IMG/VR virus record: IMGVR_UViG_3300003690_000017
Span: 1-58,803 of that record
Strand: one strand, 5' to 3'
Origin: a virus
Taxonomy: Duplodnaviria > Caudoviricetes
DNA length: 58,803 nucleotides
Part shown: piece by piece, positions 1 through 8,297 of the stretch
How positions within the stretch are numbered: position 1 is the first letter of the stretch
How the letters are laid out: each line of letters begins with the position of its first letter
Notes under the pieces: model-generated
Database searches by the model: none
Seen by the model: only the letters and a program-made list of their open reading frames with translations
What the model was told of the DNA's origin: nothing
Position numbers and translations under genes: made by a program

Positions 1-776
1 GGAGGCTCCAAGGGGGTGTGGGACCGTCCCTATTACCATAAGTTCTTGGCCCCAGTCCGAATTTGCGTACCAATTTCAAATTATTCGATTTCGGGGCAAC
101 AAGCCGGTCACTCCCTGAAATTTTCGCACCAAATTTCCGTATATCCGGTTGACATAACTACGCGACCGAAGCGACGGAAGGACTCCTTGCTGACACAATT
201 AGTGGCCCAAAAGGTCGCAGATCACCGCCCTCCGTCCCTGTGGCGGGACAAAAGTAGAGTCAAGATTTGGTTGACAGGCTCCCGTGCTGACATCGTGTCA
301 GCGCACTGACACAACTTGTTGTAGGGCATACGACCTACACGATATTTACGACCTTTGGTGTCGTTTTGACCGCACAAGCCAAAACGCTCTGCATCGTGGT
401 GGGTCCCGGGGCACCCCTCGCTATTTAAGCGCGGCGACGGGCGTCCGAAGGACGTTCGCACGACGCCGTGCGCTCATTTGCAATCATTTGACAACAACAT
501 TAAAATTCAGGCTCGTTTGCGGGAGGGGAGGTAGGAGGGCGGAAAGGTTGACGAAAAACAGACCCGCCGCTGCACAAAACTCCTTCGGATGCTGGCGGCG
601 GGGGAGGGAAGGGGAGCGGAGGCGGGGATCGAACGCGCGCGCGAGGATTTTGCCCTAGTTGCAGCGACGGAACGACGTGGTAGGGTGGCGGCCTATGCAG
701 GGTGGCCCTTCGACCCTTGGGTATATTAGGCGGCACAGGCGGTGCCGAAACCCTGCCCCATGCAAAGGAGTTTGCC

Positions 777-1331
777 ATGAGATTTGCCCGCATCGCGCTG
801 AGGGTGCTTGACGTTATCGTGACCGCTTGCTGGGAAGCCGGAAGGGGCTTTGAGGCGAGGCGCTGGACTGCGGGGGCGGTTCTGGCAATCCTATTTGTAG
901 CCCTGCCAGTCACGCTATCTGCTGACCACAAAACGGTGCCCTATTCCGCATGGGTCACCGCGTCGGCATATGGCCCGTGCTGCTACGCCGGGAGCGAGGG
1001 CGCGGGAAGCATTACCTATGATGGGCGCAATTGGCACGGACTCGATCCGTGGGAGTCGAGCATTGCCAGTCCGTACCTGCCACGGGGGACGGGAATTTGC
1101 ATCGCTGTGCCGAGCCTGAATGTCCTGCGCTGCGACCGCCCTGCCGATGCCGACGGCCTGACCCGCTCGCGTCTGACGATCAGCGACCATCTGCCCGCCT
1201 ACCACAATCGCGGCCTTGACCTGTCAGTGGGCTTCCTGCGCGACATAGATTTCTGCGAGGGCGGCCAGACTGACATGGCCTGCGCCCGCTCGTGGGGAGT
1301 TCGCACGGTCAGGCTGTTCGTGTTCGGATGA
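777..1331 (+). CDS. Secreted RlpA-like double-psi beta-barrel / 3D-type protein (possible peptidoglycan-acting)
   Basis: AAGGAG RBS before ATG 777; hydrophobic signal segment; VTASAYG...ITYDG...IASPYLPRGT...ISD...GLDLS matches the DPBB/RlpA pattern. Confidence 0.6.
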   Translation: MRFARIALRVLDVIVTACWEAGRGFEARRWTAGAVLAILFVALPVTLSADHKTVPYSAWVTASAYGPCCYAGSEGAGSITYDGRNWHGLDPWESSIASPYLPRGTGICIAVPSLNVLRCDRPADADGLTRSRLTISDHLPAYHNRGLDLSVGFLRDIDFCEGGQTDMACARSWGVRTVRLFVFG

Positions 1332-1368
1332 GCGACCTCGAACGCGAGCTTAAGGCCGAATTCGCTCT

Positions 1369-1563
1369 GTGAAGAAGAACGGTCTGGCCGAGCTGGGGTC
1401 GGAGTGTTACATCCGGCGGCTGCGGGACATCGAGGGTCTGGCGGACGGCGTGGCGGCGGACCTCTGGCGTGACGTTGGCAAAGTTCACAAATGGCGTGGC
1501 GCGGCGCTCACCATCCGAAATAAAGCCGCAAAGCTGAGAAAGCAGATAGCGACCCCAGAATAG
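1369..1563 (+). CDS. Hypothetical protein
   Basis: 64-aa ORF in the + strand gene run; GTGA overlap with a 14-codon ORF at 1328-1372. Confidence 0.4.
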   Translation: MKKNGLAELGSECYIRRLRDIEGLADGVAADLWRDVGKVHKWRGAALTIRNKAAKLRKQIATPE

Positions 1564-1771
1564 GTAGTCAGACACACCCTCCCCGGGGCGTTCTGCTGCC
1601 CTAGAATGAACCGCCCGGGGCGTCCTTTGATGTAGTGGCGACCCCGGGCACCTTGCTGCCGTTGGCGGGTTATGATGGTCTGGGCCGGGGCTGGACTACT
1701 CAAAATCGCTTTAATCGCGGTGGCGCATAGGTTCTCCCTAAGGTCCCGGCCCACCAACAAGAAGGGGTGCC

Positions 1772-1963
1772 ATGAAACTGAAACGCAGGTCGCTGCTCAA
1801 GCGCCTGATCGTCCTCCTCCCGTTCATGACTGCCGCCACGGCCTGCGGCGAAGCCACGAAGCCGGGACCCAATGTCGAGGGCGATGACCCGAACCACCTG
1901 AAGGACTACTGGCGGCGGAACGATGACGCAAACGCCCTTGCCGCCACGAAATGGTTGAGGTAG
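1772..1963 (+). CDS. Small putative Tat-exported lipoprotein
   Basis: AAGGGG RBS; KRRSLLK twin-arginine-like motif, hydrophobic stretch, lipobox-like ATA-C. Confidence 0.55.
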   Translation: MKLKRRSLLKRLIVLLPFMTAATACGEATKPGPNVEGDDPNHLKDYWRRNDDANALAATKWLR

Positions 1964-1984
1964 CCGCTCTGCTATGATCTGTCG

Positions 1985-2189
1985 GCAGTAGCCGTCAGCA
2001 CAGGGCGTCCAAGTTGGTTGATCGCAGTGGCTCTTTCGTACTCCGTTTTGTTACTCCTTTGCGGATGCGTCTAAACGGGCCAATCCAATCTGCGTTCCCA
2101 GCGAGCACGACCGCCTGCTCACCCGGGCGAGTACCGACCCTGTGCTGGCCCCGGCCCGAATCTGTGCTTTTCGGGCCGGGCGGCTCTGC
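1985..2189 (+). ncRNA. Candidate structured non-coding RNA (about 205 nt)
   Basis: Extended -10 TGCTATGAT at 1970-1978; nested stems 1985-1994/2181-2189, 1996-2005/2138-2147, 2043-2048/2073-2078, 2103-2107/2116-2120, 2150-2160/2170-2180; intergenic. Confidence 0.5.
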
Positions 2190-2212
2190 TCCATCACTTA
2201 GGAGCGTGTGGT

Positions 2213-2479
2213 ATGAGCGATGACGGCGAAATCCTCGACAACCGGCACTGGGGCTTCCCGCTCATCCGCTCGGACGAGAGGTGCGGGCACTGCGATCACC
2301 CAATCTTCCCGCTGGACCTCCAGCCCGAACCGCCAGAGGAGGCCCCGCCGCCGGGGCAGATATGGTTCCCGACCATGATTCCAGCGGTCTTCGCCGAGCA
2401 CAACCAAACCGGCGAGCAACGGTTCTTCCACGTAGATTGCTTCGCGCTGCTGGAGCGCCTGAGCGAACGCGTCAACTAG
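2213..2479 (+). CDS. Small Cys/His (Zn-binding-like) hypothetical protein
   Basis: AGGAG RBS; CGHCDHP and FHVDC motifs. Confidence 0.6.
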   Translation: MSDDGEILDNRHWGFPLIRSDERCGHCDHPIFPLDLQPEPPEEAPPPGQIWFPTMIPAVFAEHNQTGEQRFFHVDCFALLERLSERVN

Positions 2480-2483
2480 CCAT

Positions 2484-2512
2484 TTGACAGGCCCCGAATA
2501 AGGGCCTACCGT
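2484..2512 (+). promoter_or_regulatory. sigma70-type promoter
   Basis: TTGACA-17 nt-TACCGT, followed by AGGAGG RBS and ATG 2544. Confidence 0.6.
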
Positions 2513-2543
2513 CTCGATCTGAAAACCTTAGGAGGTCCAATAA

Positions 2544-2819
2544 ATGAACCTGAACTACCACCGACGCAAAACCTACGAGGATGGCCTCTCGAACGCGTGG
2601 GTGAACCCCGACTGGGTGCGTGGCCTTCCGCCTTACCGGGGTCACTGGCGCGTCCCGCAGCAGGTAGTGTGGCGCTACAGCGAAGGCAACCGGCACCTGC
2701 TGCCGTGGTGGTGGCGGCCGGTGGCGGCGATGGTCGGACTCGGTGTGCTGGCCTTCGTGGTGCTCGCGGGCATGGTGCTGACAATCGGGTGGATGATATC
2801 GAACGCAGGAGGTGCCTGA
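2544..2819 (+). CDS. Membrane protein
   Basis: AGGAGG RBS; C-terminal hydrophobic helix. Confidence 0.65.
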   Translation: MNLNYHRRKTYEDGLSNAWVNPDWVRGLPPYRGHWRVPQQVVWRYSEGNRHLLPWWWRPVAAMVGLGVLAFVVLAGMVLTIGWMISNAGGA

Positions 2820-3196
2820 TGGAAGGATTCGTAGACCAGATCGCACAAATTCTGGACATGCTCGGGGAACGCCTGAGCGAGCCAGCCGAGGCGGCTTTCA
2901 CCATCATGGTGCAGCAGCAGGTATTCAACGGCTACCGGCTGTTGGCGCTGGCGATCGTCTTCGGAATTATCAGCCTTGGGGTCATCACATGGGGGGTCGT
3001 CTTTGGGGTGAGGCGCAGCCGTAATCCACGCGAGACGGATCGGGCGGCAGAGGTGGCCGCCTTTTTCCTCACCGGAACCACCGTCGGGCTACTGCTGATG
3101 GCGGGTGCGAGCGTCATCGGGGTCGCGGCCGCAGCCCACTTTGCCAATCCCGCCTACTACGTGATTCAAGACCTGCTGCGGGCGATCCCCGGATGA
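2819..3196 (+). CDS. Membrane protein with two TM segments
   Basis: TGATG coupling to upstream gene and AGGAGG RBS; two long hydrophobic stretches. Confidence 0.65.
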   Translation: MEGFVDQIAQILDMLGERLSEPAEAAFTIMVQQQVFNGYRLLALAIVFGIISLGVITWGVVFGVRRSRNPRETDRAAEVAAFFLTGTTVGLLLMAGASVIGVAAAAHFANPAYYVIQDLLRAIPG

Positions 3197-3423
3197 GCGA
3201 AGGTGGACACACGAAACGCTGGGCACGATGCGAGGCCGTTATGTCGATCCTGAAAACTGCGCGACCGTATGGCCTCACAGCCGCGCAGATTGCCGCCCGC
3301 AACGGCGGCAGCAAGGCGGTCATACAGCGGGCACTGACCGACCTGAGCAAGGAGGGCCGCGTGTGGAAGCTGGTGGGTGAGAAGCGCGACGGGGGCGAGC
3401 TTTGGGCGGCGAACGATGCCTGA
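3193..3423 (+). CDS. Winged-helix DNA-binding protein
   Basis: LTAAQIAARNGGSKAVIQRALTDLSKEGRVWK wHTH pattern; ATGA coupling. Confidence 0.65.
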   Translation: MSEGGHTKRWARCEAVMSILKTARPYGLTAAQIAARNGGSKAVIQRALTDLSKEGRVWKLVGEKRDGGELWAANDA

Positions 3424-3745
3424 GCAAGGCCGACAGCGCGCCGCTCGGGATACCAGCCAAGAGGCATACCTGCAACGCGAGATACGCGGCTTGAACGCGA
3501 AGGACCGTGAGCGCGTGTACGAACTCGTGCTACGGGCCGAACAGAACGATCCGCCCGGCATAACCGCCGATCAGATCGAAGCGGTCCTCGGGGGCAAGGG
3601 ACACCAGCGTCTCACAGAATTAGAAGCAGCGGGACGTATCGTGCGCTCAGAGGAGCGCCGTAAGACGCGACTGGGCGGGATGGCAGCTGTTTACCGTGCA
3701 GACAGCGCCCAGTCCGAGCGATTAGTGCAGCCAGAATTATGGTAA
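3416..3745 (+). CDS. Phage winged-helix DNA-binding protein
   Basis: ITADQIE...RLTELEAAGRI...RKTRLG..AAVYR pattern common in small phage wHTH proteins. Confidence 0.65.
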   Translation: MPEQGRQRAARDTSQEAYLQREIRGLNAKDRERVYELVLRAEQNDPPGITADQIEAVLGGKGHQRLTELEAAGRIVRSEERRKTRLGGMAAVYRADSAQSERLVQPELW

Positions 3746-3777
3746 CAATCAACCAACCGCAGCCAAAGGAGGCCGCC

Positions 3778-4119
3778 ATGGTTAAATCGAATGATAGAAA
3801 GCAGGGAAGCCCTGCGGGGGCGAACCCGTTCAAGAAGGAGGGCGTGCTTCAGGGAGAAGGCCCGCAAGCAACAGGCGTAGAGGCGGCCCTACCGGGGGGC
3901 ATCCCTGATCGCGGCAACTTTGTGCCCAATTACAGCGACCTCGGGAGGATGCTGGCAGTAGGGCCACCGAAGTCGCGCGACCGCCTTCACGCCATCGAGA
4001 ACGCGCTCGAAGTAATGGAGCGCGAAATGGGCACGATTGTGGACGACAGCGGCCAAGACTGGCCCCTGCTTTCCGACATCGTGCGTTGGCGAGAGACGCT
4101 GAACAGCCTGCTTAGATAG
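3778..4119 (+). CDS. Hypothetical protein
   Basis: AAGGAGG RBS before ATG 3778; followed by a terminator. Confidence 0.6.
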   Translation: MVKSNDRKQGSPAGANPFKKEGVLQGEGPQATGVEAALPGGIPDRGNFVPNYSDLGRMLAVGPPKSRDRLHAIENALEVMEREMGTIVDDSGQDWPLLSDIVRWRETLNSLLR

Positions 4120-4133
4120 CCCTCAACTGAGGG

Positions 4134-4172
4134 AGGCTCCGGGTATTTCGGGATGCCCGGGGCCTTCTTTTT
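4134..4172 (+). terminator. Intrinsic terminator
   Basis: Stem AGGCTCCGGGTAT/ATGCCCGGGGCCT (with G-U pairs) followed by TCTTTTT. Confidence 0.75.
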
Positions 4173-4188
4173 GTACTGGCTGAAATTT

Positions 4189-4209
4189 CACCCCTACGAA
4201 GTAGGGGTG
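4189..4209. terminator. Perfect hairpin, possible terminator for the minus-strand gene
   Basis: CACCCCTAC-GAA-GTAGGGGTG inverted repeat between convergent genes. Confidence 0.45.
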
Positions 4210-4329
4210 CGGTGCTGACACAACTATCGGGCGTCAGGCAGCAGCATTTGGGAGCGCAGGCGTTTCACCGAGCGCTTACGCAGCAGCCCCAAATCAGGGG
4301 CCTCGTCCCCTCCCTCAACGCCGGGCCAG

Positions 4330-4644
4330 CTATACGGGTCGGGCGTTTTGGGCGGCTTCCTCGGGGCTGAGTGGCTTGGTCGCCACGGCGCGCATAAGCA
4401 TGTCCACTGTGATCTCGCCATCGTCCAAGTCCTCCAGTAGTTCATCCGGTTCCTCGACCTCCTCCACGATCGGCGTGATGTACGGCCCCAGTTGCGGGTT
4501 GAAGCCGATTTTCCCCAGCACACGCCCGTCTTCGTGGCGTAGCTCGAATTCCTCGTGGTTGTTGAGGATCAGGACAGGGATGACGGTGACACGGCCGAGG
4601 ATGTCCTTCAGTGGACTGCCAACGGACGCCTTGGGCGTGGGCAT
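4330..4644 (-). CDS. Acidic hypothetical protein divergent from the RAMP gene
   Basis: AAGGAG RBS before ATG 4644; extended -10 TGGTATACT on the minus strand at about 4749-4757. Confidence 0.6.
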   Translation of the reverse strand: MPTPKASVGSPLKDILGRVTVIPVLILNNHEEFELRHEDGRVLGKIGFNPQLGPYITPIVEEVEEPDELLEDLDDGEITVDMLMRAVATKPLSPEEAAQNARPV

Positions 4645-4743
4645 AAGGCTGCGCTCCTTTTTGATTGAAGGGGGCACCAGCAGTTCAGGTCCGCCGATGC
4701 CCCCTTGGGCTTTCCGTTCACTTAGGAGGTCACTAAAAGCCGT

Positions 4744-5619
4744 TTGCGAGTATACCAAGAACTCTGTACCGTGAGCAGTGACATATCCATGCCGTATACC
4801 GGAATCAAGCCAAGCCGCCTTATGTCTACCACCCCGCCGTCAGCGGTCGCCAAATACGCGGGCGCGAACCGCTTTCTCTGCTACGAGGTTCACCTACTTT
4901 TCACCGATAAGCTCTGCGGTGGAACGCCGTTCGTGCCGCCGGTCATTGCCCGCTGGATCAGCCAGAACATCCAGCGCGACGAAGTCATCGCGGACTACGA
5001 GCCAGCGCAATTGGAAGCGATGGGCTACCCCCATGGTGCTGCCATGCCGACGCCCGAGGAGTTGGAATTCTGGTCCAAGCACAAGAATGTGTACGGGTTC
5101 CCATGGGACGACCAGAACGGCTATTACTTCGAGGCCCGCAAAATTCTAGCCGGGTTCAAGGAGTGGGCGCGTGTCACCGCCACTGGGGCGAAGGCGCGAC
5201 CCCTCACAATCAGTCGCCGCCTGAAGGGCAACCTATTCGTCCTACCAGAGCGGATGCCGCTGGAGAATGCCGACGGCAAGCGCGTACCGCACATGTGGGA
5301 GCGCGCGTTCCAACTCGTGACGCCGCAGGGGCCACGGGAGATCACGCGACGCACGCAGTATTTCAGTCGCCCGTACCTGCGGTTCATCTTGCTACTCACG
5401 AGAAAAGTGGAGGACGTGAAGACGCCAGCGCTCCAGCAGATGGCGGCGGTGGGCGAACTCAGCGGCCTTGGTGCCGACCGAGGAATTGGGGCCGGTCGGT
5501 TCGTCGTTACGCGCTGGCAGTTGTGCGATCCATTCCGCACCGAACCCATCCTCGACCCGATTCGTGCGGCGACGGAGATCATTGATCCGGCGTTGACGCC
5601 TCCCGAGTGGCTGAGATAG
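4744..5619 (+). CDS. Stand-alone RAMP superfamily (Cas7-like) protein; start may be 4771 or 4789
   Basis: N-terminal YEVHLLFTDKLCGGTP strand, EARKILAGFKEWAR helix, C-terminal glycine-rich loop GLGADRGIGAGRF (5464-5502) typical of RAMP/RRM Cas proteins. Confidence 0.65.
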   Translation: MRVYQELCTVSSDISMPYTGIKPSRLMSTTPPSAVAKYAGANRFLCYEVHLLFTDKLCGGTPFVPPVIARWISQNIQRDEVIADYEPAQLEAMGYPHGAAMPTPEELEFWSKHKNVYGFPWDDQNGYYFEARKILAGFKEWARVTATGAKARPLTISRRLKGNLFVLPERMPLENADGKRVPHMWERAFQLVTPQGPREITRRTQYFSRPYLRFILLLTRKVEDVKTPALQQMAAVGELSGLGADRGIGAGRFVVTRWQLCDPFRTEPILDPIRAATEIIDPALTPPEWLR

Positions 5620-5652
5620 CCTGTAGGTACGCCGCCGAGATCACATAGGAGA

Positions 5653-5856
5653 ATGCACTTCATGGACGTGAAGCTGAATTCTGCACGGGCCGTCAGCAGC
5701 GGCAACGCCTTCCGGCGCAACGAGCGTCAGGTGGCCGATCCGTGGGCCGGTCCCGCGCACAAGCAGAGTGCGACCGAAGGCGTACACGGCTTCGAGCGCC
5801 CCACTGGGAGCGTTCCGGGTAGTTCCAAAGAGTCCGGTGGCTTCAGCAAGAGCTAA
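5653..5856 (+). CDS. Small hypothetical protein
   Basis: AGGAG RBS and ATG; overlaps the 5' part of the next ORF. Confidence 0.4.
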   Translation: MHFMDVKLNSARAVSSGNAFRRNERQVADPWAGPAHKQSATEGVHGFERPTGSVPGSSKESGGFSKS

Positions 5857-6541
5857 GGGCCGCCCAAGGGATTTTCTTCAAAAGCTATCCAATAATCCCA
5901 AGCGCCTTACCGTCCTCGTCGCGCGGTCCATGGGGGCATCGTGGCGGGAGGCGGGCGAGGCGGCTGGGATTACCGAAAGTTCGGCGCGAAAGTATGAGGA
6001 TGCCGAATGGCACTGGGCCATTGCGCAGATTCAAGACAAGCTCATGGAGGGGGCCAATGCCGTCCTCGTCCAAGGGGCGCGAGCAGGCGTCAAGAAGGCG
6101 TGGCGCATCGCCCTCGGCTACGACCGCGCAAGCGCACCGCAGGTGTCCATGCTCAAGGACCTGCTGGAGCGGATTGGCGTGGGAACACGGAGGCACGAAG
6201 AGGCCACGAAGCACCTCCATGTCCACGGGCACGGCACGCTCGATGAAATCACGCAGGCATTCAACCCGTTCAGGGATGCGGTAGAAAATGGGGACATCCT
6301 CTCCCTCGAAGCGCTCCGCAAAGTCGAACTCCCAGTCAAGCATGAGCCTCGCGTCGATTCAGACGATGAAGGTGGAGGCGGCGATGGCGCTGGCGAGGAA
6401 GCGGTTCGCAGCGTTCTGCGAGACGACGCTAGAGACAGAGGACGGGCAGCCCATGAGGCCCGACAGGCATCACCGGGTCTGGACGGACAAACTTCAGGAG
6501 GCGGTGGAGCGGAAGGAAGCGGGGGTCCCGGGGCAGTCTAG
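5768..6541 (+). CDS. terS: Putative terminase small subunit
   Basis: HTH-like GASWREAGEAAGITESSARKY, helical core, directly upstream of TerL; start uncertain. Confidence 0.55.
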   Translation: MRPKAYTASSAPLGAFRVVPKSPVASARAKGRPRDFLQKLSNNPKRLTVLVARSMGASWREAGEAAGITESSARKYEDAEWHWAIAQIQDKLMEGANAVLVQGARAGVKKAWRIALGYDRASAPQVSMLKDLLERIGVGTRRHEEATKHLHVHGHGTLDEITQAFNPFRDAVENGDILSLEALRKVELPVKHEPRVDSDDEGGGGDGAGEEAVRSVLRDDARDRGRAAHEARQASPGLDGQTSGGGGAEGSGGPGAV

Positions 6542-7970
6542 GGTCTTTTTCGTCAGCCCGCCCGACCACGCGAAGACCTCGTATGCCAGCGTCGCATTCC
6601 CCCTCTGGTACATGGGGCGCTTCCCCGGCGACGCGATCGCTCTGGTTTCCAACACCGACGAGCTTGCCAAGAAATTCCTTGGGGGCATTTCCGCCACGGT
6701 GCGCTGGAACGAAATCTACAAGCAGGTCTTCCCCCATATTGAGCCGGACCTCGAACGCCGCTGGAACGTCAACGAAATCTATATCAAGCGCGGTCACCGC
6801 GAGCGGCCTGACCCGACCATTTCCGCCATCGGCTTGGGTGGGGCCATCATCGGTCGCCGCCTCGACCTCATCATCGTGGACGACCCGATCAATGAGAAGC
6901 TCGCTCAGTCCGACACTGAAATGGAGCGCATGAAGCTGTGGTTCAAGCGCACGCTCCTATCCCGGTTGAAGCCCAACGGCATCATCCTCGTCATCATGAC
7001 CCGCTGGAGCCTGAACGATCTCGGCGAAGACCTGCTCGATCCGGCCATGCGCTTCCAGCTAATGCACATGAAGGCTCTTGCCGACGACGACAGCAAGCGG
7101 GTCGTCTGGTATCAGCACGATGCTGACACTGGCGGCCTTGCCGAAGGGGGCCTGATTCACGAGAACGGCCCCGCTCTCTGGCCGGAGCGCTACCCGGCTG
7201 CCAGCACGAATCCCGACATCGAGACGCTGGAAACGCGCCGGGATCAGGTCGGAAACTTCATCTGGTCGGCCATGTATCAGGGCGAGCCGATGTCAGGCGA
7301 ACACACCGTCTTTCAGGAATCCGACTTCCGGTACTACTGTGCCGTCTGCGGCCTACGCGGGGGCCACCAGACGATGTGTACCTGCCCGCCCGCGAGCGAC
7401 GAGGAAATCGCCGACTACGCTGACCGGGAGAACTGGCGGCGCTTCCAAGCGGTGGACCCGGCAATGACCGAGCGCACGCGTTCCGACTACACGGCGATTG
7501 TCACCGCCGGGGTGGATACGAACCAGAACATCTTCCTGATGAACTGTAATCGGCGTCAGACTGCCAGTCCGGCGGCGCTCATCACCTACGAGCACGAGCA
7601 CTGGTTCCCGATTCAGGCCATCGGCATTGAGAAGGCAGGTTGGCAGACGGACCTGATAAGGGAAATTCGCTCCACCACGCTCCTGCCGCTGCGTTCGATG
7701 GCACCCGATGCTGACAAGCGGACTCGCGCCCTCTCCCACGCGACCAACTACGAAAACCACAAGGTCTATCACCCGAAACGCGCCCGCTGGCTCGGCGACT
7801 TCGAGCGCGAGCACATCGCCTTTACCGGGGCGAAGAACGCGCCGGGGCATGATGACATGGTGGACGCGAATGTCTACCTCGGGCGGCTCGTGTCGCAACA
7901 CCGGCAAAAGATGCAGGGGAAGCCAGCCCGCTACCTGAAGACGCAAGTCAGGCCGACCATTGCCTACTAA
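6288..7970 (+). CDS. terL: Terminase large subunit (start may be 6342-6383)
   Basis: Walker A variant SPPDHAKTS, Walker B LIIVDDP, coupling motif MTRW, RNase H-like nuclease DPA...HDDMVDA. Confidence 0.92.
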   Translation: MGTSSPSKRSAKSNSQSSMSLASIQTMKVEAAMALARKRFAAFCETTLETEDGQPMRPDRHHRVWTDKLQEAVERKEAGVPGQSRVFFVSPPDHAKTSYASVAFPLWYMGRFPGDAIALVSNTDELAKKFLGGISATVRWNEIYKQVFPHIEPDLERRWNVNEIYIKRGHRERPDPTISAIGLGGAIIGRRLDLIIVDDPINEKLAQSDTEMERMKLWFKRTLLSRLKPNGIILVIMTRWSLNDLGEDLLDPAMRFQLMHMKALADDDSKRVVWYQHDADTGGLAEGGLIHENGPALWPERYPAASTNPDIETLETRRDQVGNFIWSAMYQGEPMSGEHTVFQESDFRYYCAVCGLRGGHQTMCTCPPASDEEIADYADRENWRRFQAVDPAMTERTRSDYTAIVTAGVDTNQNIFLMNCNRRQTASPAALITYEHEHWFPIQAIGIEKAGWQTDLIREIRSTTLLPLRSMAPDADKRTRALSHATNYENHKVYHPKRARWLGDFEREHIAFTGAKNAPGHDDMVDANVYLGRLVSQHRQKMQGKPARYLKTQVRPTIAY

Positions 7971-8289
7971 TCGTGTCGTCGGCTGCCCGGACTGCGGCAC
8001 TAACGTCGGCACCGTGACCTACGAAGACCAGTGGGGGGATTACCAGCACTCGCAGACGAATACGGGGGTGGCGGACCTCTTGCGAGCGTGCGAGGGCCAG
8101 CTTCTAGCCCAGCACAAGCGACTGCCGCAGGAGCCGTGGGATGAGGCCCTCGATATTGTCGTGCGCGCAGTCAGCGGCGACATCGACCCGGGCCTGATCG
8201 CCACTGAATTCACGGGCAAGATGTGCGCGAAGCTAGGCAGAATGTACTGGCCCCACTACAATCAAGGCGCGCTGCCATCCGAGGACTGA
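7960..8289 (+). CDS. Hypothetical protein with CxxC
   Basis: CPDC motif; coupled to the TerL end. Confidence 0.55.
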   Translation: MPTNRVVGCPDCGTNVGTVTYEDQWGDYQHSQTNTGVADLLRACEGQLLAQHKRLPQEPWDEALDIVVRAVSGDIDPGLIATEFTGKMCAKLGRMYWPHYNQGALPSED

Positions 8290-8297
8290 GGTTTGCT

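Noticed and set aside
16-700. Short ORFs in the left end
   Set aside because: No RBS, atypical composition and overlap with promoter/operator-like motifs; treated as non-coding
4120-5900. CRISPR mini-array or GGY-NN guide array near the RAMP gene
   Set aside because: No regularly spaced 23-47 nt repeats and no run of 5-nt-periodic GGY units seen on either strand; a computational scan is still advisable
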